In this document: positions 9,403 through 18,769 of the stretch, piece after piece
Layout: each line of letters opens with the position of its first letter
Position numbering within the stretch: position 1 is the stretch's first letter
IMG/VR virus record: IMGVR_UViG_3300025392_000640
Span: 1 to 37,213 of that record
DNA from: a virus
Taxonomy: Duplodnaviria > Heunggongvirae > Uroviricota > Caudoviricetes
Direction: 5' to 3' (one strand)
DNA length: 37,213 nucleotides
Notes under the pieces: generated by a model
Database searches by the model: none
Seen by the model: only the letters and a program-made list of their open reading frames with translations
What the model was told of the DNA's origin: nothing
Position numbers and translations under genes: made by a program

Positions 9403-10722
9403 TTAATAAGATTTGCCTGAAAAATCATCAGGATATTGTTGAGGTCTTACAAATTTAATCCAATAATTAACCGCATTTTGGTCATTTATCCAATTTTTAC
9501 GGTCAGTCCAATCAAATGTTGGTTGTGCATAATAAGGAATGTAATCTCTTATTACCTGTGCTCTATTTGGATGAGCTGTAATGGTATCTATTAAACCATC
9601 TCCGTTTGTATCGTATCCATCTATTGTACCATCACCATCATAATCTATTGCTCTAGTAGAATAATCGGGTTGCAAACTAGCCAATTCCGCATCCATAACA
9701 GGTTTTGGGGTTTCTTCTATGATTTCTTGATTATATTCTTCTACAGCCTCTTTTAATGCTTCATTTGGTTCAGTTGAGTTATTTATAGCTTCTACAAACA
9801 CTTCCGCATCCTTTTCAGATGCTATTATAGGAGTTTCTTCGGGTTTATCACCATATACCTCATAATTCTTATAGTTTTCCTCCATTAAATCATCTAAACC
9901 ACGTAATTCATCATCAGTCATACCGGCTTCATAATCTTTTGCTTCAGCTTGTTGACCTAATGCGATTGGACCAGGAAAATGTTTAATTTTTTCATCTTTT
10001 TTAGCAATTAATCCATTAAATGCGATAATTAGAGCGATTGCAAGAGGGTCAAACACAATTACAATCAAAAATATGAAGAATTTTACTACTTTTTTCAATT
10101 CTACACCAAAAGCTTCGGCAACAAACCTAAATCCACCTACTTCTTTCTCCAAATCTAAGTTTTTTATCTTAATTTTGTTGATTTCTTCGTTATTTTTAGC
10201 GTTTTCATCCTGCAAATTAGCAATTTTAGTGTTAATTTGAGCACTTTGCTTATCTTTACTATCAATTGAGCGTAAAAGTCGGTTATTTACCTTACCTTTA
10301 TTCAAAATTTCACTTTGTGTTGAGGATAAATTGCCTAATTGAGTGTTTAATTGAGTAATTTGAGCGGTATTTTGCTCAATTTTAGTGTTATAAACAGCAA
10401 TTTCTCTATCTACTTGCTGTAATTTAAGGTTTTGTTGTTGAAAAGCGTTAGAAAGGTATCCAAAAATACCTGCTGATGTAATAAGCATCAATAATCCTAC
10501 TGCTAAAGTAAGATACCATTTGTTAAAACCCTTAATTTCATCCCAAGTTTGCTTCAAATATGTTGCAGCAACCAATTTAGCAAACTCTAATGAGCCTGCC
10601 ATCACCATTACAGCCGTAGATGCTCCACTAAAAAGTACACCCAACCCAGTTACTGAAAAGAATGCAGCACATCCGGCAATAATTAAAGCTGAAATTCCAA
10701 CTAAGTATTTTAACCAATTCAT
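9403..10722 (-). CDS. Multi-pass membrane protein with coiled coil and acidic tail
   Basis: Three N-terminal TM segments, long coiled coil, fourth TM (IVIVFDPLAIALII), then DYDGDG and DTNGDG motifs. Confidence 0.75.
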   Translation of the reverse strand: MNWLKYLVGISALIIAGCAAFFSVTGLGVLFSGASTAVMVMAGSLEFAKLVAATYLKQTWDEIKGFNKWYLTLAVGLLMLITSAGIFGYLSNAFQQQNLKLQQVDREIAVYNTKIEQNTAQITQLNTQLGNLSSTQSEILNKGKVNNRLLRSIDSKDKQSAQINTKIANLQDENAKNNEEINKIKIKNLDLEKEVGGFRFVAEAFGVELKKVVKFFIFLIVIVFDPLAIALIIAFNGLIAKKDEKIKHFPGPIALGQQAEAKDYEAGMTDDELRGLDDLMEENYKNYEVYGDKPEETPIIASEKDAEVFVEAINNSTEPNEALKEAVEEYNQEIIEETPKPVMDAELASLQPDYSTRAIDYDGDGTIDGYDTNGDGLIDTITAHPNRAQVIRDYIPYYAQPTFDWTDRKNWINDQNAVNYWIKFVRPQQYPDDFSGKSY

Positions 10723-10723
10723 A

Positions 10724-10903
10724 TTAAGATACGTCTACAATATTTGTAGTTAATTCAATCAATCTTTCAATTTCTTTTACTAATCTAATTGCTTCTTCTT
10801 GATTAGCAGGTCTTTCACCATTTAGCATTTCTCCAATAACTTTAGCTCTTTTATTAATTGCTTCTAAGTTTTCTTGAGCTCTTTGTTTGTATTCAGGTTT
10901 CAT
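10724..10903 (-). CDS. Small hypothetical protein (59 aa)
   Basis: Start moved to MKPEYKQ (10903); the track's longer start crosses a terminator and a promoter motif. Confidence 0.65.
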   Translation of the reverse strand: MKPEYKQRAQENLEAINKRAKVIGEMLNGERPANQEEAIRLVKEIERLIELTTNIVDVS

Positions 10904-10940
10904 AATTTGTTTTTTATATTGTATATATAAATATATTGAA

Positions 10941-10972
10941 AATAAGAAAAGGGTGATTTTAGTCACCCTTCT
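10941..10972 (-). terminator. Rho-independent terminator after hsp20
   Basis: AAGGGTGA/TCACCCTT stem (10949-10970) with a T-rich tail on the - strand. Confidence 0.75.
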
Positions 10973-11001
10973 CATATTGTTAGTTTGTTATGTTTTTTAA
11001 A

Positions 11002-11481
11002 TTAGCCAATTGAAATTGTTCGTTTCTTTGGTTTTTCAGGCTCTCTCTTTGGTATTTGTAACTCCAATACACCATCTTCAAATGATGCTTTTACACTATC
11101 TAAATCAAAGATTTTAGAATCTGCTGTAAAACTTCTTACAAATGAAGAACGTTTAACTTCTCTACGAAGATATACACCACCTTCTTTCTCTTGTGATTTA
11201 CTTGCTTTCTCTCCTTTTAGTGTAATGACATCACCATCTACATCAATGGTAATTTGTTCTTTAGTTAAACCTGGAACTTCTGCTACAATCTCAATACGGT
11301 CATCAAAGTTAATGATGTCACATTTTGGATAAGCTGCTTGTTGAAATGCGTTAATACCAATTTCCTTTGATAATTCAGGAAATGATTCTGAAAATACTTT
11401 ATCGAATAAAGTATCTAATGGTGAGAAGAACTCGTCCCTAAATTGAGGAATAGGTAAATTCCTTTGAATTTGATTTTTCAT
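11002..11481 (-). CDS. Small heat shock protein (Hsp20/alpha-crystallin)
   Basis: YPKCDII, AEVPGL, REVKRSSFVRSF, ASFEDGVLELQIPK. Confidence 0.92.
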   Translation of the reverse strand: MKNQIQRNLPIPQFRDEFFSPLDTLFDKVFSESFPELSKEIGINAFQQAAYPKCDIINFDDRIEIVAEVPGLTKEQITIDVDGDVITLKGEKASKSQEKEGGVYLRREVKRSSFVRSFTADSKIFDLDSVKASFEDGVLELQIPKREPEKPKKRTISIG

Positions 11482-11574
11482 TTTTTTACCTTTTTTAAGC
11501 GTTAAATTTGTATCTCCTTTTGGATAATACGGCGATATGCTGGCCAGCTCTATCGTTATATAAATATAATGGTA

Positions 11575-12240
11575 TTAAAATTTAAGACCATTTTTATATT
11601 CAGAATTTTCTATTCGGCAACTCATATGGTCTGCCCAATGTAATAAGTAAGGTAACTCCGTTTTCAATTGGAAGTTTTCATCATAAGAAATAAAATACTT
11701 TTCATTTCCTTTATTATACAATCCATCTGCTAACATAATACCCAACATTTCTTTTTGTGTGAATTGTATTCCATAATGTTGTAAAGTCCAAAGAGCTCTA
11801 TGAGTAACATCCATATAATGAATTTCTGGGTTTTGTTTAAACAATGAACCCTGATTCTTACGATGCCAATCACTCTCTTGCTCTACATAATATGGCTTAC
11901 CCAAATCACCTAATTTTCCTAAGTCGTGATGTAATGCTGCAAATAATAATTCTTCAACTTCAAAATCTATAATTCCGCCATTCTCTTTGAATTGCTTCAT
12001 TTGCCCAATTGCATTTTTACATACATTCATAACGTGGTCAATATAACCACCATTATAAGCGGAATGAAAATGAGCTTTACCACTTGCTGGCGCCATTAAT
12101 AACTCCATTCCTAATTCATCTTCCGAATACATATGCAATAACTTCTCCAATCTTTCAGGTTGGTTAGCAAATGCTTTTTTAACAAAGGATATAAACTTAT
12201 CGTAGTTTTCCTTTAATTGTTGTTCACTATAATTTCTCAT
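11575..12240 (-). CDS. HD-domain phosphohydrolase
   Basis: H...GGYIDHV, LHHDLGK, HWAD metal-ligand pattern. Confidence 0.8.
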   Translation of the reverse strand: MRNYSEQQLKENYDKFISFVKKAFANQPERLEKLLHMYSEDELGMELLMAPASGKAHFHSAYNGGYIDHVMNVCKNAIGQMKQFKENGGIIDFEVEELLFAALHHDLGKLGDLGKPYYVEQESDWHRKNQGSLFKQNPEIHYMDVTHRALWTLQHYGIQFTQKEMLGIMLADGLYNKGNEKYFISYDENFQLKTELPYLLHWADHMSCRIENSEYKNGLKF

Positions 12241-12244
12241 AATA

Positions 12245-12276
12245 CAAATTTACGATTTTATTTTGATTTTACCAAA
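12245..12276 (-). promoter_or_regulatory. Bacteroidota primary-sigma promoter
   Basis: TTTG-N20-TAAATTTG directly upstream of the HD gene. Confidence 0.7.
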
Positions 12277-12695
12277 TTTTCTTCTATCTCCCTCTTTGTA
12301 AGAGCTCTATAAAGTATTTCTAATTCTTCTTCCGAGGTACACATTCCCAACCCATTCATATCCAATAACTCAACAAAAAATGTATCAGGTTTTAATCCCA
12401 TATCTTTTATAAGAGCTGTTTCATCTGAAGCATTTGATACTAACATTGGTGCAAATTTTTCATCATCATCTTTTGGTAAAGGTAATGAATAAAAAAATGG
12501 TGCGTTTTCATCTTCATCACTTTCAAATGATTCTGTTTCTTCTTCATCTTCTTTATACATCCCACCACCTAAGAATCCTTCATCAAATCCAAACTCACCA
12601 ATAGGGTCACCTACTTTGTTTTTCTTCCAACCTTGTCTGATAAATGTTTCTTCGGTAATTGGAGTTAGTGGTAATTTAATTTCTTTTTTTCTCAT
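12258..12695 (-). CDS. Acidic hypothetical protein
   Basis: 145-aa ORF coupled to the upstream gene. Confidence 0.7.
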   Translation of the reverse strand: MRKKEIKLPLTPITEETFIRQGWKKNKVGDPIGEFGFDEGFLGGGMYKEDEEETESFESDEDENAPFFYSLPLPKDDDEKFAPMLVSNASDETALIKDMGLKPDTFFVELLDMNGLGMCTSEEELEILYRALTKREIEENLVKSK

Positions 12696-13240
12696 TATTC
12701 TAAAACTATTTTTGTATATATTATTTGATTTGATAAACTATGTGTTGCTTTTACAATCATCGTATCTCCTCTCATTTGTTGAATAGGAGCAATCATAATA
12801 TTAATTTCACCTTTATTACCACTTATAGAAGTTGTATTAATTGTTGGAACTAATTGCTTAGATGTATTAATTAATGGTGGTAATTTTACTATTGTATATT
12901 GACCCGTAAAATAATTAATATAAGTTTTTGTAATATTAGCTATTGTATCACCAGGTTGTAATACCCAATATAAATTACTTTCCCAATCTATTTGTTGTGG
13001 TGGTGTTGGTTCACTTTCATTCATTAAAATTCTACCAGTAATTCTAGTAGGTATCTGACCTATTGTATCGCCTGCAGGCATTTTTAAGTGATAATATCCA
13101 TTTACATCTTTTGGTAATGAATTAGTACCTTTTTGATTTAATACAGAATCAATTGATAATGTAAATTTTTGTGTTGGTACGCTTATATCTTTTTTAGAAC
13201 AAGCTACAAATAGGATTAAAATAGGGATTAATTTTTTCAT
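12695..13240 (-). CDS. Putative lipoprotein
   Basis: MKKLIPILILFVA|C lipobox. Confidence 0.65.
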   Translation of the reverse strand: MKKLIPILILFVACSKKDISVPTQKFTLSIDSVLNQKGTNSLPKDVNGYYHLKMPAGDTIGQIPTRITGRILMNESEPTPPQQIDWESNLYWVLQPGDTIANITKTYINYFTGQYTIVKLPPLINTSKQLVPTINTTSISGNKGEINIMIAPIQQMRGDTMIVKATHSLSNQIIYTKIVLE

Positions 13241-13263
13241 ATTCTTATTAGTTATTTACTATG

Positions 13264-13295
13264 TAAAGATACGAAAAATACCTCAATTTACCAAA
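13264..13295 (-). promoter_or_regulatory. Bacteroidota primary-sigma promoter
   Basis: TTTG-N20-TATCTTTA. Confidence 0.7.
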
Positions 13296-13308
13296 AAAAT
13301 GACAAAAA

Positions 13309-13335
13309 ATAACCCGTTGAAAATCAACAGGTTAT
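13309..13335. promoter_or_regulatory. Palindromic operator-like site
   Basis: ATAACC-C-GTTGA-AAA-TCAAC-A-GGTTAT inverted repeat; related half-sites at 33655, 33681 and 36075. Confidence 0.5.
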
Positions 13336-13355
13336 AATTTATTTTTTGTTATATA

Positions 13356-14189
13356 TTAATTTTCTATAATATGTACCCCCTCCACAAGCTCACCTTCGGA
13401 ATAAGTATCTAAATTAAGTTCATATGGATTACTTTCACCTAATATAATTTCTTCTTCTAATTCGTATCTTTCCAATACTCTTTTAACAATACCAGAACGA
13501 ATACAATCTTCTGCTGTAAATTCTATTTGATAAGCTCCTTTCATTCCTGCTAATCTTTTCCACACATCATAGAATCCACTTTTTTGATAAGCTGGTACTC
13601 CATTGGGTCTATACTTATCACATTGAGAAAGGTCACCTTCTATGATTAATTTACTATCATCCGAAATACGAGTGATTAAAGTTTTTAATTGTAATGGTGA
13701 TGCGTTTTGTGCTTCATCTAAAATAATATATGCTTTTTCAAAATTAATACCTCTTAAAAAGTTCAATACTCTAAATTCTATTTTACCAATTGATATTAAT
13801 TTCTTAACATTTGCCTCACCAATTATTTTATTAAGAATAAATAAAGATGATTCATTATGTACTTCAATTTTTTCCATTAAATCTCCTGGTAAATGTCCTA
13901 ACTTATCTTCATTACCAACATCAACAGTTGGATTAATAATAATTAATTTTTCTATTGGACTTCCTTTGTGTAATAATAGCTCTAATCCTTTTTGTATCGA
14001 TATGAATGTTTTTCCTGCTCCGGCTAATGCATGTGCCATTATAATATTATGGCCTTCGTTTTCAATTGCTTTGTAAAATCTTTTTTGGTTTCTTGTTTTA
14101 AATTTAATTCGTTTAACAATTTTTGGTAATGAATGTGTAACTTCTTTTTCTTCTTCCACCACAATTTGTGGTTTTTCTTTTCTTGCCAT
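13356..14189 (-). CDS. phoH: PhoH-family ATPase
   Basis: ALAGAGKT Walker A, LGHLPGD, FLRGINF, IILDEAQN, IIEGDLSQCD, RSGIVK. Confidence 0.9.
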   Translation of the reverse strand: MARKEKPQIVVEEEKEVTHSLPKIVKRIKFKTRNQKRFYKAIENEGHNIIMAHALAGAGKTFISIQKGLELLLHKGSPIEKLIIINPTVDVGNEDKLGHLPGDLMEKIEVHNESSLFILNKIIGEANVKKLISIGKIEFRVLNFLRGINFEKAYIILDEAQNASPLQLKTLITRISDDSKLIIEGDLSQCDKYRPNGVPAYQKSGFYDVWKRLAGMKGAYQIEFTAEDCIRSGIVKRVLERYELEEEIILGESNPYELNLDTYSEGELVEGVHIIEN

Positions 14190-14206
14190 GTTCCTTTATT
14201 TGTTTA

Positions 14207-14572
14207 TTAAGAACTTATAACTAAAGATGGAGTTTTTTTAACTCTACCTCTTTTTTTACTTTTCAGTAAGTTTATTCCATTATATATTTCTCTACACAAC
14301 TCATATTTTTCCAAATTAATACACAATTGAAGAAGATATTCTAAGGCAAGTAAATAATGTTTGCTTTCAATTGTTGAAACAATTCCAGATTGTTTGAAAC
14401 GGATTAAAATGATTTGTGATTTTTTTGATTGGTATGCTGAGAGTATTCGCTGAAATGTTTGGATGATAAATTCATCACCTAATAATGATAGATATTCTTT
14501 AACAATTGTTGTATTGCTATCTAAATATCTTTTCCAGCTCACAGTTGATTGTACTCTAGCCATTCGAAACAT
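14207..14572 (-). CDS. Hypothetical protein
   Basis: 121-aa ORF; ATACTTAT motif 11 nt upstream. Confidence 0.65.
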   Translation of the reverse strand: MFRMARVQSTVSWKRYLDSNTTIVKEYLSLLGDEFIIQTFQRILSAYQSKKSQIILIRFKQSGIVSTIESKHYLLALEYLLQLCINLEKYELCREIYNGINLLKSKKRGRVKKTPSLVISS

Positions 14573-14611
14573 TTAATTACTTATAAGTATTATCGAATGA
14601 TTTAAATCAGT

Positions 14612-16078
14612 TTATATCTTTGGTATAGTTGGAATATTTTTTGTTAAATTTCCTACAGCGGATGCTGCTGCGCTTTGTGCCGATGCTACCGCTCCAGCTG
14701 CTGCGCTTTGTGCCGATGCTACCGCTCCAGCTGCTGCGCTTTGTGCCGATGCTACCGCACTTTGTGCTTGATTAGCTGCATTTTGTGCTTGAGATATTAC
14801 AGATGTTGATGCATTTTGTAAACTACTAACTGAACCTTGTGCATCTTTTAAAGCCGTTGCTAATTCTGCTTTTTTAAATTTCTTTGGTTTTTTTGGTTTT
14901 TTCAAAGAAAGTTTAGGAAGTTCAGGGAATTTTAAACTTGGTAATTTAGGTATTTTTGGAATAGCTGGAACGGCTGCTAATGCTGCACTTTTTAGTGCTC
15001 CTAAATTTGGTGTTGCTGGTAACTTAGGTAATGATGTAGGTATTTGATTAGCTAAGTTTTTAATACTACCTATATTAGAATTTAATTGATTTGCTAATTG
15101 AGAAGCTTGTGCAATTCCACTTTGTACATTTCCAACCGTAGATGATACATTTGATATTTGAGTATTTAAAGTATCTATATTCGTTTGTAATTTTGTTTGT
15201 GTTGCTTTTAATTCATTAACTTTTGCTGTTAATTGTTTTACTAAATCATTTGTTCTAGCAACCTGATTTCCTTTCTCACCATTAGTTATTGTTGATGTGA
15301 ATGTAAAACCCGCTACATTTACCGTTGCATTAGTTGGTGAATATCTAAAATTAACTTTAGTAGTTATTTCATTTTGAATTGCTGTTATTTTAGATAATAC
15401 ATCATTTAATTGAGATTGATTATCTTTTAAATCGGTTTGTGCGGTTGATAATGAACCCGTATCGAATGAAGCAGATGGACTACTATTTCCTTTAATTGTT
15501 TGTTTAACTTGTCCAGTTAATGGGTCTATATCCAAATAATTCCAATTAGCTATTGTTGTTGCATCCAATACACCACCACTATCAGTATCTAAAGGATTAA
15601 CAGCACCAACACACCAATCAATATAATAAACTAAATTATCAAAATCAATAGAACCAGATGAATTAACAAAAATGTTTTCATTCATTTGTACAGCAGAGCC
15701 GGTTTCTAAATTTGTCATTTTTTGCCAAGTTGTAAGTACATCTGAATAATAGTAATTTACTACATAATTAGGGTCAAAACTTGGTATTACAAAATATGGA
15801 TTGTTTTCAATATTAGCAGATTGCAAATCTTTGTAATATTTTTCAGAAGTATATAATAATGGATTTGTATCCAATGTATCTTTAGCTATGGATAATATAA
15901 ATCTAAATGTTGTACCGGGTACATATTTTAATGTATCCAATGTAGGTATTGAAAATTCTATATGGTTTTTATCAGCATAAATACCTTTTAATACATCTGT
16001 ATTATTAACACTTCCAGATTGATATGCTGTAATGTTAGGGTATTGATTATCTAATGCTGTCAGTCTTTTATATTCCAT
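14612..16078 (-). CDS. Hypothetical protein with coiled coil, Pro/Lys linker and Ala/Ser/Gln repeat tail (possibly structural)
   Basis: 488-aa ORF with ATATTTAT immediately upstream. Confidence 0.7.
   Translation of the reverse strand: MEYKRLTALDNQYPNITAYQSGSVNNTDVLKGIYADKNHIEFSIPTLDTLKYVPGTTFRFILSIAKDTLDTNPLLYTSEKYYKDLQSANIENNPYFVIPSFDPNYVVNYYYSDVLTTWQKMTNLETGSAVQMNENIFVNSSGSIDFDNLVYYIDWCVGAVNPLDTDSGGVLDATTIANWNYLDIDPLTGQVKQTIKGNSSPSASFDTGSLSTAQTDLKDNQSQLNDVLSKITAIQNEITTKVNFRYSPTNATVNVAGFTFTSTITNGEKGNQVARTNDLVKQLTAKVNELKATQTKLQTNIDTLNTQISNVSSTVGNVQSGIAQASQLANQLNSNIGSIKNLANQIPTSLPKLPATPNLGALKSAALAAVPAIPKIPKLPSLKFPELPKLSLKKPKKPKKFKKAELATALKDAQGSVSSLQNASTSVISQAQNAANQAQSAVASAQSAAAGAVASAQSAAAGAVASAQSAAASAVGNLTKNIPTIPKI
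14664..14758. repeat. Perfect 33-bp tandem repeat, about 2.9 copies
   Basis: gctgctgcgctttgtgccgatgctaccgctcca at 14664, 14697 and 14730 (partial); encodes GAVASAQSAAA. Confidence 0.95.
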
Positions 16079-16092
16079 ATAGATAAATATAC

Positions 16093-16452
16093 CTATACTA
16101 AATTCTCTAAATTGTAGATTTTTCGATTAAGGTAAAATGCGGCTTTCTTTAAATCTTCTAATTCCTTTTGAGGGTCTTTTTTGCCTGCTCTTGCTATGTA
16201 TTTAGCTACATTGAATAGGTACGCATCTTTATCTAAACCCCATGCTTCACATACCTTTATTACTTCATATGGGTTATCAACACCACCATAATAGGCTGGG
16301 TTCTTTACTGCTTCTATTTTAACTGCTGATTTTTCTACTAACTCTTGAGCAATTCTCAAACATACGTCTGCACCTCTTATTTTTTGTCTTTCAATTTCTT
16401 TTTCAGTTGCTTGATTAAATTCATCTTTTCTTATCTTTGGTTTAGCGGGCAT
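16093..16452 (-). CDS. DUF3310-family phage protein
   Basis: VKNPAYYGG, YEVIKV, NVAKYIARAGKK, EDLKKAAFYL. Confidence 0.85.
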   Translation of the reverse strand: MPAKPKIRKDEFNQATEKEIERQKIRGADVCLRIAQELVEKSAVKIEAVKNPAYYGGVDNPYEVIKVCEAWGLDKDAYLFNVAKYIARAGKKDPQKELEDLKKAAFYLNRKIYNLENLV

Positions 16453-16479
16453 ATTGTGTAAATATTTTTATTCGTTTCA

Positions 16480-16511
16480 CAAATATACAACAAATATTTG
16501 ATTCTACCAAA
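16480..16511 (-). promoter_or_regulatory. Bacteroidota primary-sigma promoter
   Basis: TTTG-N20-TATATTTG. Confidence 0.7.
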
Positions 16512-16642
16512 AATAAAAAAAGTTATCCACATTTTTAGCTTTTACTAAGCTTTCACGATATATATTTACGCACTGTATAGCTGGGGAATAGGAAGCAGTT
16601 TAAATAAAGACTTAGACAATAGCAAGGAACTGGGACACTGTA

Positions 16643-16876
16643 TTAAGCATCTTGGAAAGTTCCATCTTCATTTTTAATTACAACTTTATAAATTCTTTGA
16701 GTAGGGTCATTTGCAAATAAAGTAGCTGCATGTGCTTGAGCATCTTGAATCGTATCAAATTCGTTAATAGTATCTTCTGAATTTAATCTTAATACCCAAA
16801 TTTGTCTTTGAGCCCAATGTGGGTCACCTGCATTAACATCGGTAGGTATTAATTGTTTATGTATAAAATAAGACAT
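16643..16876 (-). CDS. Hypothetical protein
   Basis: 77-aa ORF. Confidence 0.7.
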   Translation of the reverse strand: MSYFIHKQLIPTDVNAGDPHWAQRQIWVLRLNSEDTINEFDTIQDAQAHAATLFANDPTQRIYKVVIKNEDGTFQDA

Positions 16877-17041
16877 TTATATTAATTTTTTAAATAATTT
16901 CTTTTTAATCCAAGGGCTTTTTAAACCCACCCATTGATAATATCTATATTTCCATTTTTGATTTAAAATAGAAAAACTAATAAACCCAACCACCAATAGT
17001 ATCAAATTAATAAATTTCGATATGGTGATTGGAGCATACAT
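16877..17041 (-). CDS. Small membrane protein (54 aa)
   Basis: Manual translation MYAPITISKFINLILLVVGFISFSILNQKWKYRYYQW...; stop abuts the next ATG. Confidence 0.5.
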   Translation of the reverse strand: MYAPITISKFINLILLVVGFISFSILNQKWKYRYYQWVGLKSPWIKKKLFKKLI

Positions 17042-17104
17042 ATTATCTCCAATCCGATTTAAAAGGTTTAAATAAGATTTTCATACCAATAAATATAATG
17101 TAGG

Positions 17105-18511
17105 TTAGATTCCGATATCCTTAAGACGTAGGATTTCTTTTTGAATGTGGCGATTGTATCCATTCCATGTAATATTTTCCAATAACCATTTACGATACCA
17201 TGCAGGAATTGATTTAATATCTTTTCCTTTATATTTTCCAAATGTCATTATAACAGGTCCAATAACATTAGCCATATCTTGTGGTGATGGCTTACCTTCT
17301 ATATGTAACCCAATTTCATCCAAAGGAATACCTGTTAATTGTTTTTTACCCTCTCCATATAACTTCCAATCAAATGGAAAATGTGTTTCATCTTTTTTGA
17401 AATATAGCTCCTCTACTTTACCAAAACGTGGAACACTACCCACAAAATCAACTACTAATCCATCTTTCTTATTAGGATGAATACGAGTAACCCTTCCTAC
17501 AAACTGATACCACCAGCTTAACGATGCGGTGGGTCTGCCTGTTATTATACAATCTAATTCCGGATGGTCAAACCCTACTGATAGAATAGTAACTTGTACA
17601 ACTATCCTCAATCGTAGGTTTTTAAAATCATCAATAATACGCTCTCTATCACTATCAGCCATACCACTATATACTGCTTCACAACTTGGTAACTTAGTGG
17701 ATAACTCAATAGCGGCTTCAACGGATGGTACAGCTACTAATATTGATTTTCTATTAGGTAAATCTCCAATCTTCTTAATTATCTTTCCACTAATATCTTG
17801 CTGTTTGTATGCTCTTTGTATTGAATCTTCCGTATAATCCGCATAAGATGAATTATAAACCAATCCACCAGTTTCAAAATCATAAGATTCATAAACCAAT
17901 GGTGACCAATATCCATTTTGTACCATATCTTCGATTTGAGCCACATGTATCACTTCCTTAAAGAAGTTACCCTTTTTAGATTTTGAGGTGAGCATGACCA
18001 GCTTAGAATAAGACCTACCCACTTCATTAAGGTTTGTTTGTAATTTTAACGGAGTTGCGGTTAATCCTAATACGTGAGTGATTTTAGCGCCTGTCAAAAA
18101 TCTTCTTAACATTCCACCCGGCTCTCTTGGAAATCTATCACACTCATCTATAATAACCTTCTTAATACCCAATGTATGAAATTTATGGGCTATTTTGACA
18201 ATAGAACCAATTGTAGCATATGTAACATGCCCAATTTCCTTTTCTCCCATTGCTGCTGAATATATTTTAGCTTCACCACCTAAACTAACAAATTTGTTGT
18301 AATTCTGCTCTAATAATTCTTTTGATGGCTGAATAACTAACAATCGTTCATTAAGTTGATGTGCTATTTGAGCAATAACAATTGATTTACCGAAAGCAGT
18401 TGGTGCCACAATAATTGATGGTACTGCTTTTTTCTGATTAAAAAATTCTACTCCTTTTTTAACAGGTTCTATTTGATTTTTCCTTAATTCCAAAGTTTTT
18501 ACAATTTTCAA
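17105..18511 (-). CDS. Superfamily 2 helicase (RadD/YejH-like) with C-terminal FGKYKG domain
   Basis: APTAFGKS, DECD, TAT, GFD, QFVGR motifs; TTG start. Confidence 0.88.
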   Translation of the reverse strand: MKIVKTLELRKNQIEPVKKGVEFFNQKKAVPSIIVAPTAFGKSIVIAQIAHQLNERLLVIQPSKELLEQNYNKFVSLGGEAKIYSAAMGEKEIGHVTYATIGSIVKIAHKFHTLGIKKVIIDECDRFPREPGGMLRRFLTGAKITHVLGLTATPLKLQTNLNEVGRSYSKLVMLTSKSKKGNFFKEVIHVAQIEDMVQNGYWSPLVYESYDFETGGLVYNSSYADYTEDSIQRAYKQQDISGKIIKKIGDLPNRKSILVAVPSVEAAIELSTKLPSCEAVYSGMADSDRERIIDDFKNLRLRIVVQVTILSVGFDHPELDCIITGRPTASLSWWYQFVGRVTRIHPNKKDGLVVDFVGSVPRFGKVEELYFKKDETHFPFDWKLYGEGKKQLTGIPLDEIGLHIEGKPSPQDMANVIGPVIMTFGKYKGKDIKSIPAWYRKWLLENITWNGYNRHIQKEILRLKDIGI

Positions 18512-18514
18512 TTG

Positions 18515-18546
18515 TAAAGGTACGAAAAAAATCTGACATTTCCAAA
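18515..18546 (-). promoter_or_regulatory. Bacteroidota primary-sigma promoter for the helicase
   Basis: TTTG-N20-TACCTTTA. Confidence 0.7.
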
Positions 18547-18586
18547 TATTTATTTTAAGTGCATAGATTAATTAATTGTTAATTCA

Positions 18587-18618
18587 TTTGGTAATGTGAA
18601 AAAAATTTCGTATATTTG
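18587..18618 (+). promoter_or_regulatory. Bacteroidota primary-sigma promoter for the TonB-dependent receptor (divergent from the helicase promoter)
   Basis: TTTG-N20-TATATTTG on the + strand. Confidence 0.8.
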
Positions 18619-18670
18619 TGAGATATTTAACAAAATCTTAATAGTTATTCAAAGAAACCAACATAAGTCT

Positions 18671-18769
18671 ATGATTAGAAAAAATACAAATATATTGGTA
18701 TATACATATAAAAATAATTCAGCCATTTTAGCAAACGGAATGGGTGTATCAAACGAAGGTGTGGAGTAA
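18671..18769 (+). CDS. Putative leader peptide (32 aa)
   Basis: MIRKNTNILVYTYKNNSAILANGMGVSNEGVE*; the stop codon lies in the loop of the following terminator hairpin. Confidence 0.45.
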   Translation: MIRKNTNILVYTYKNNSAILANGMGVSNEGVE

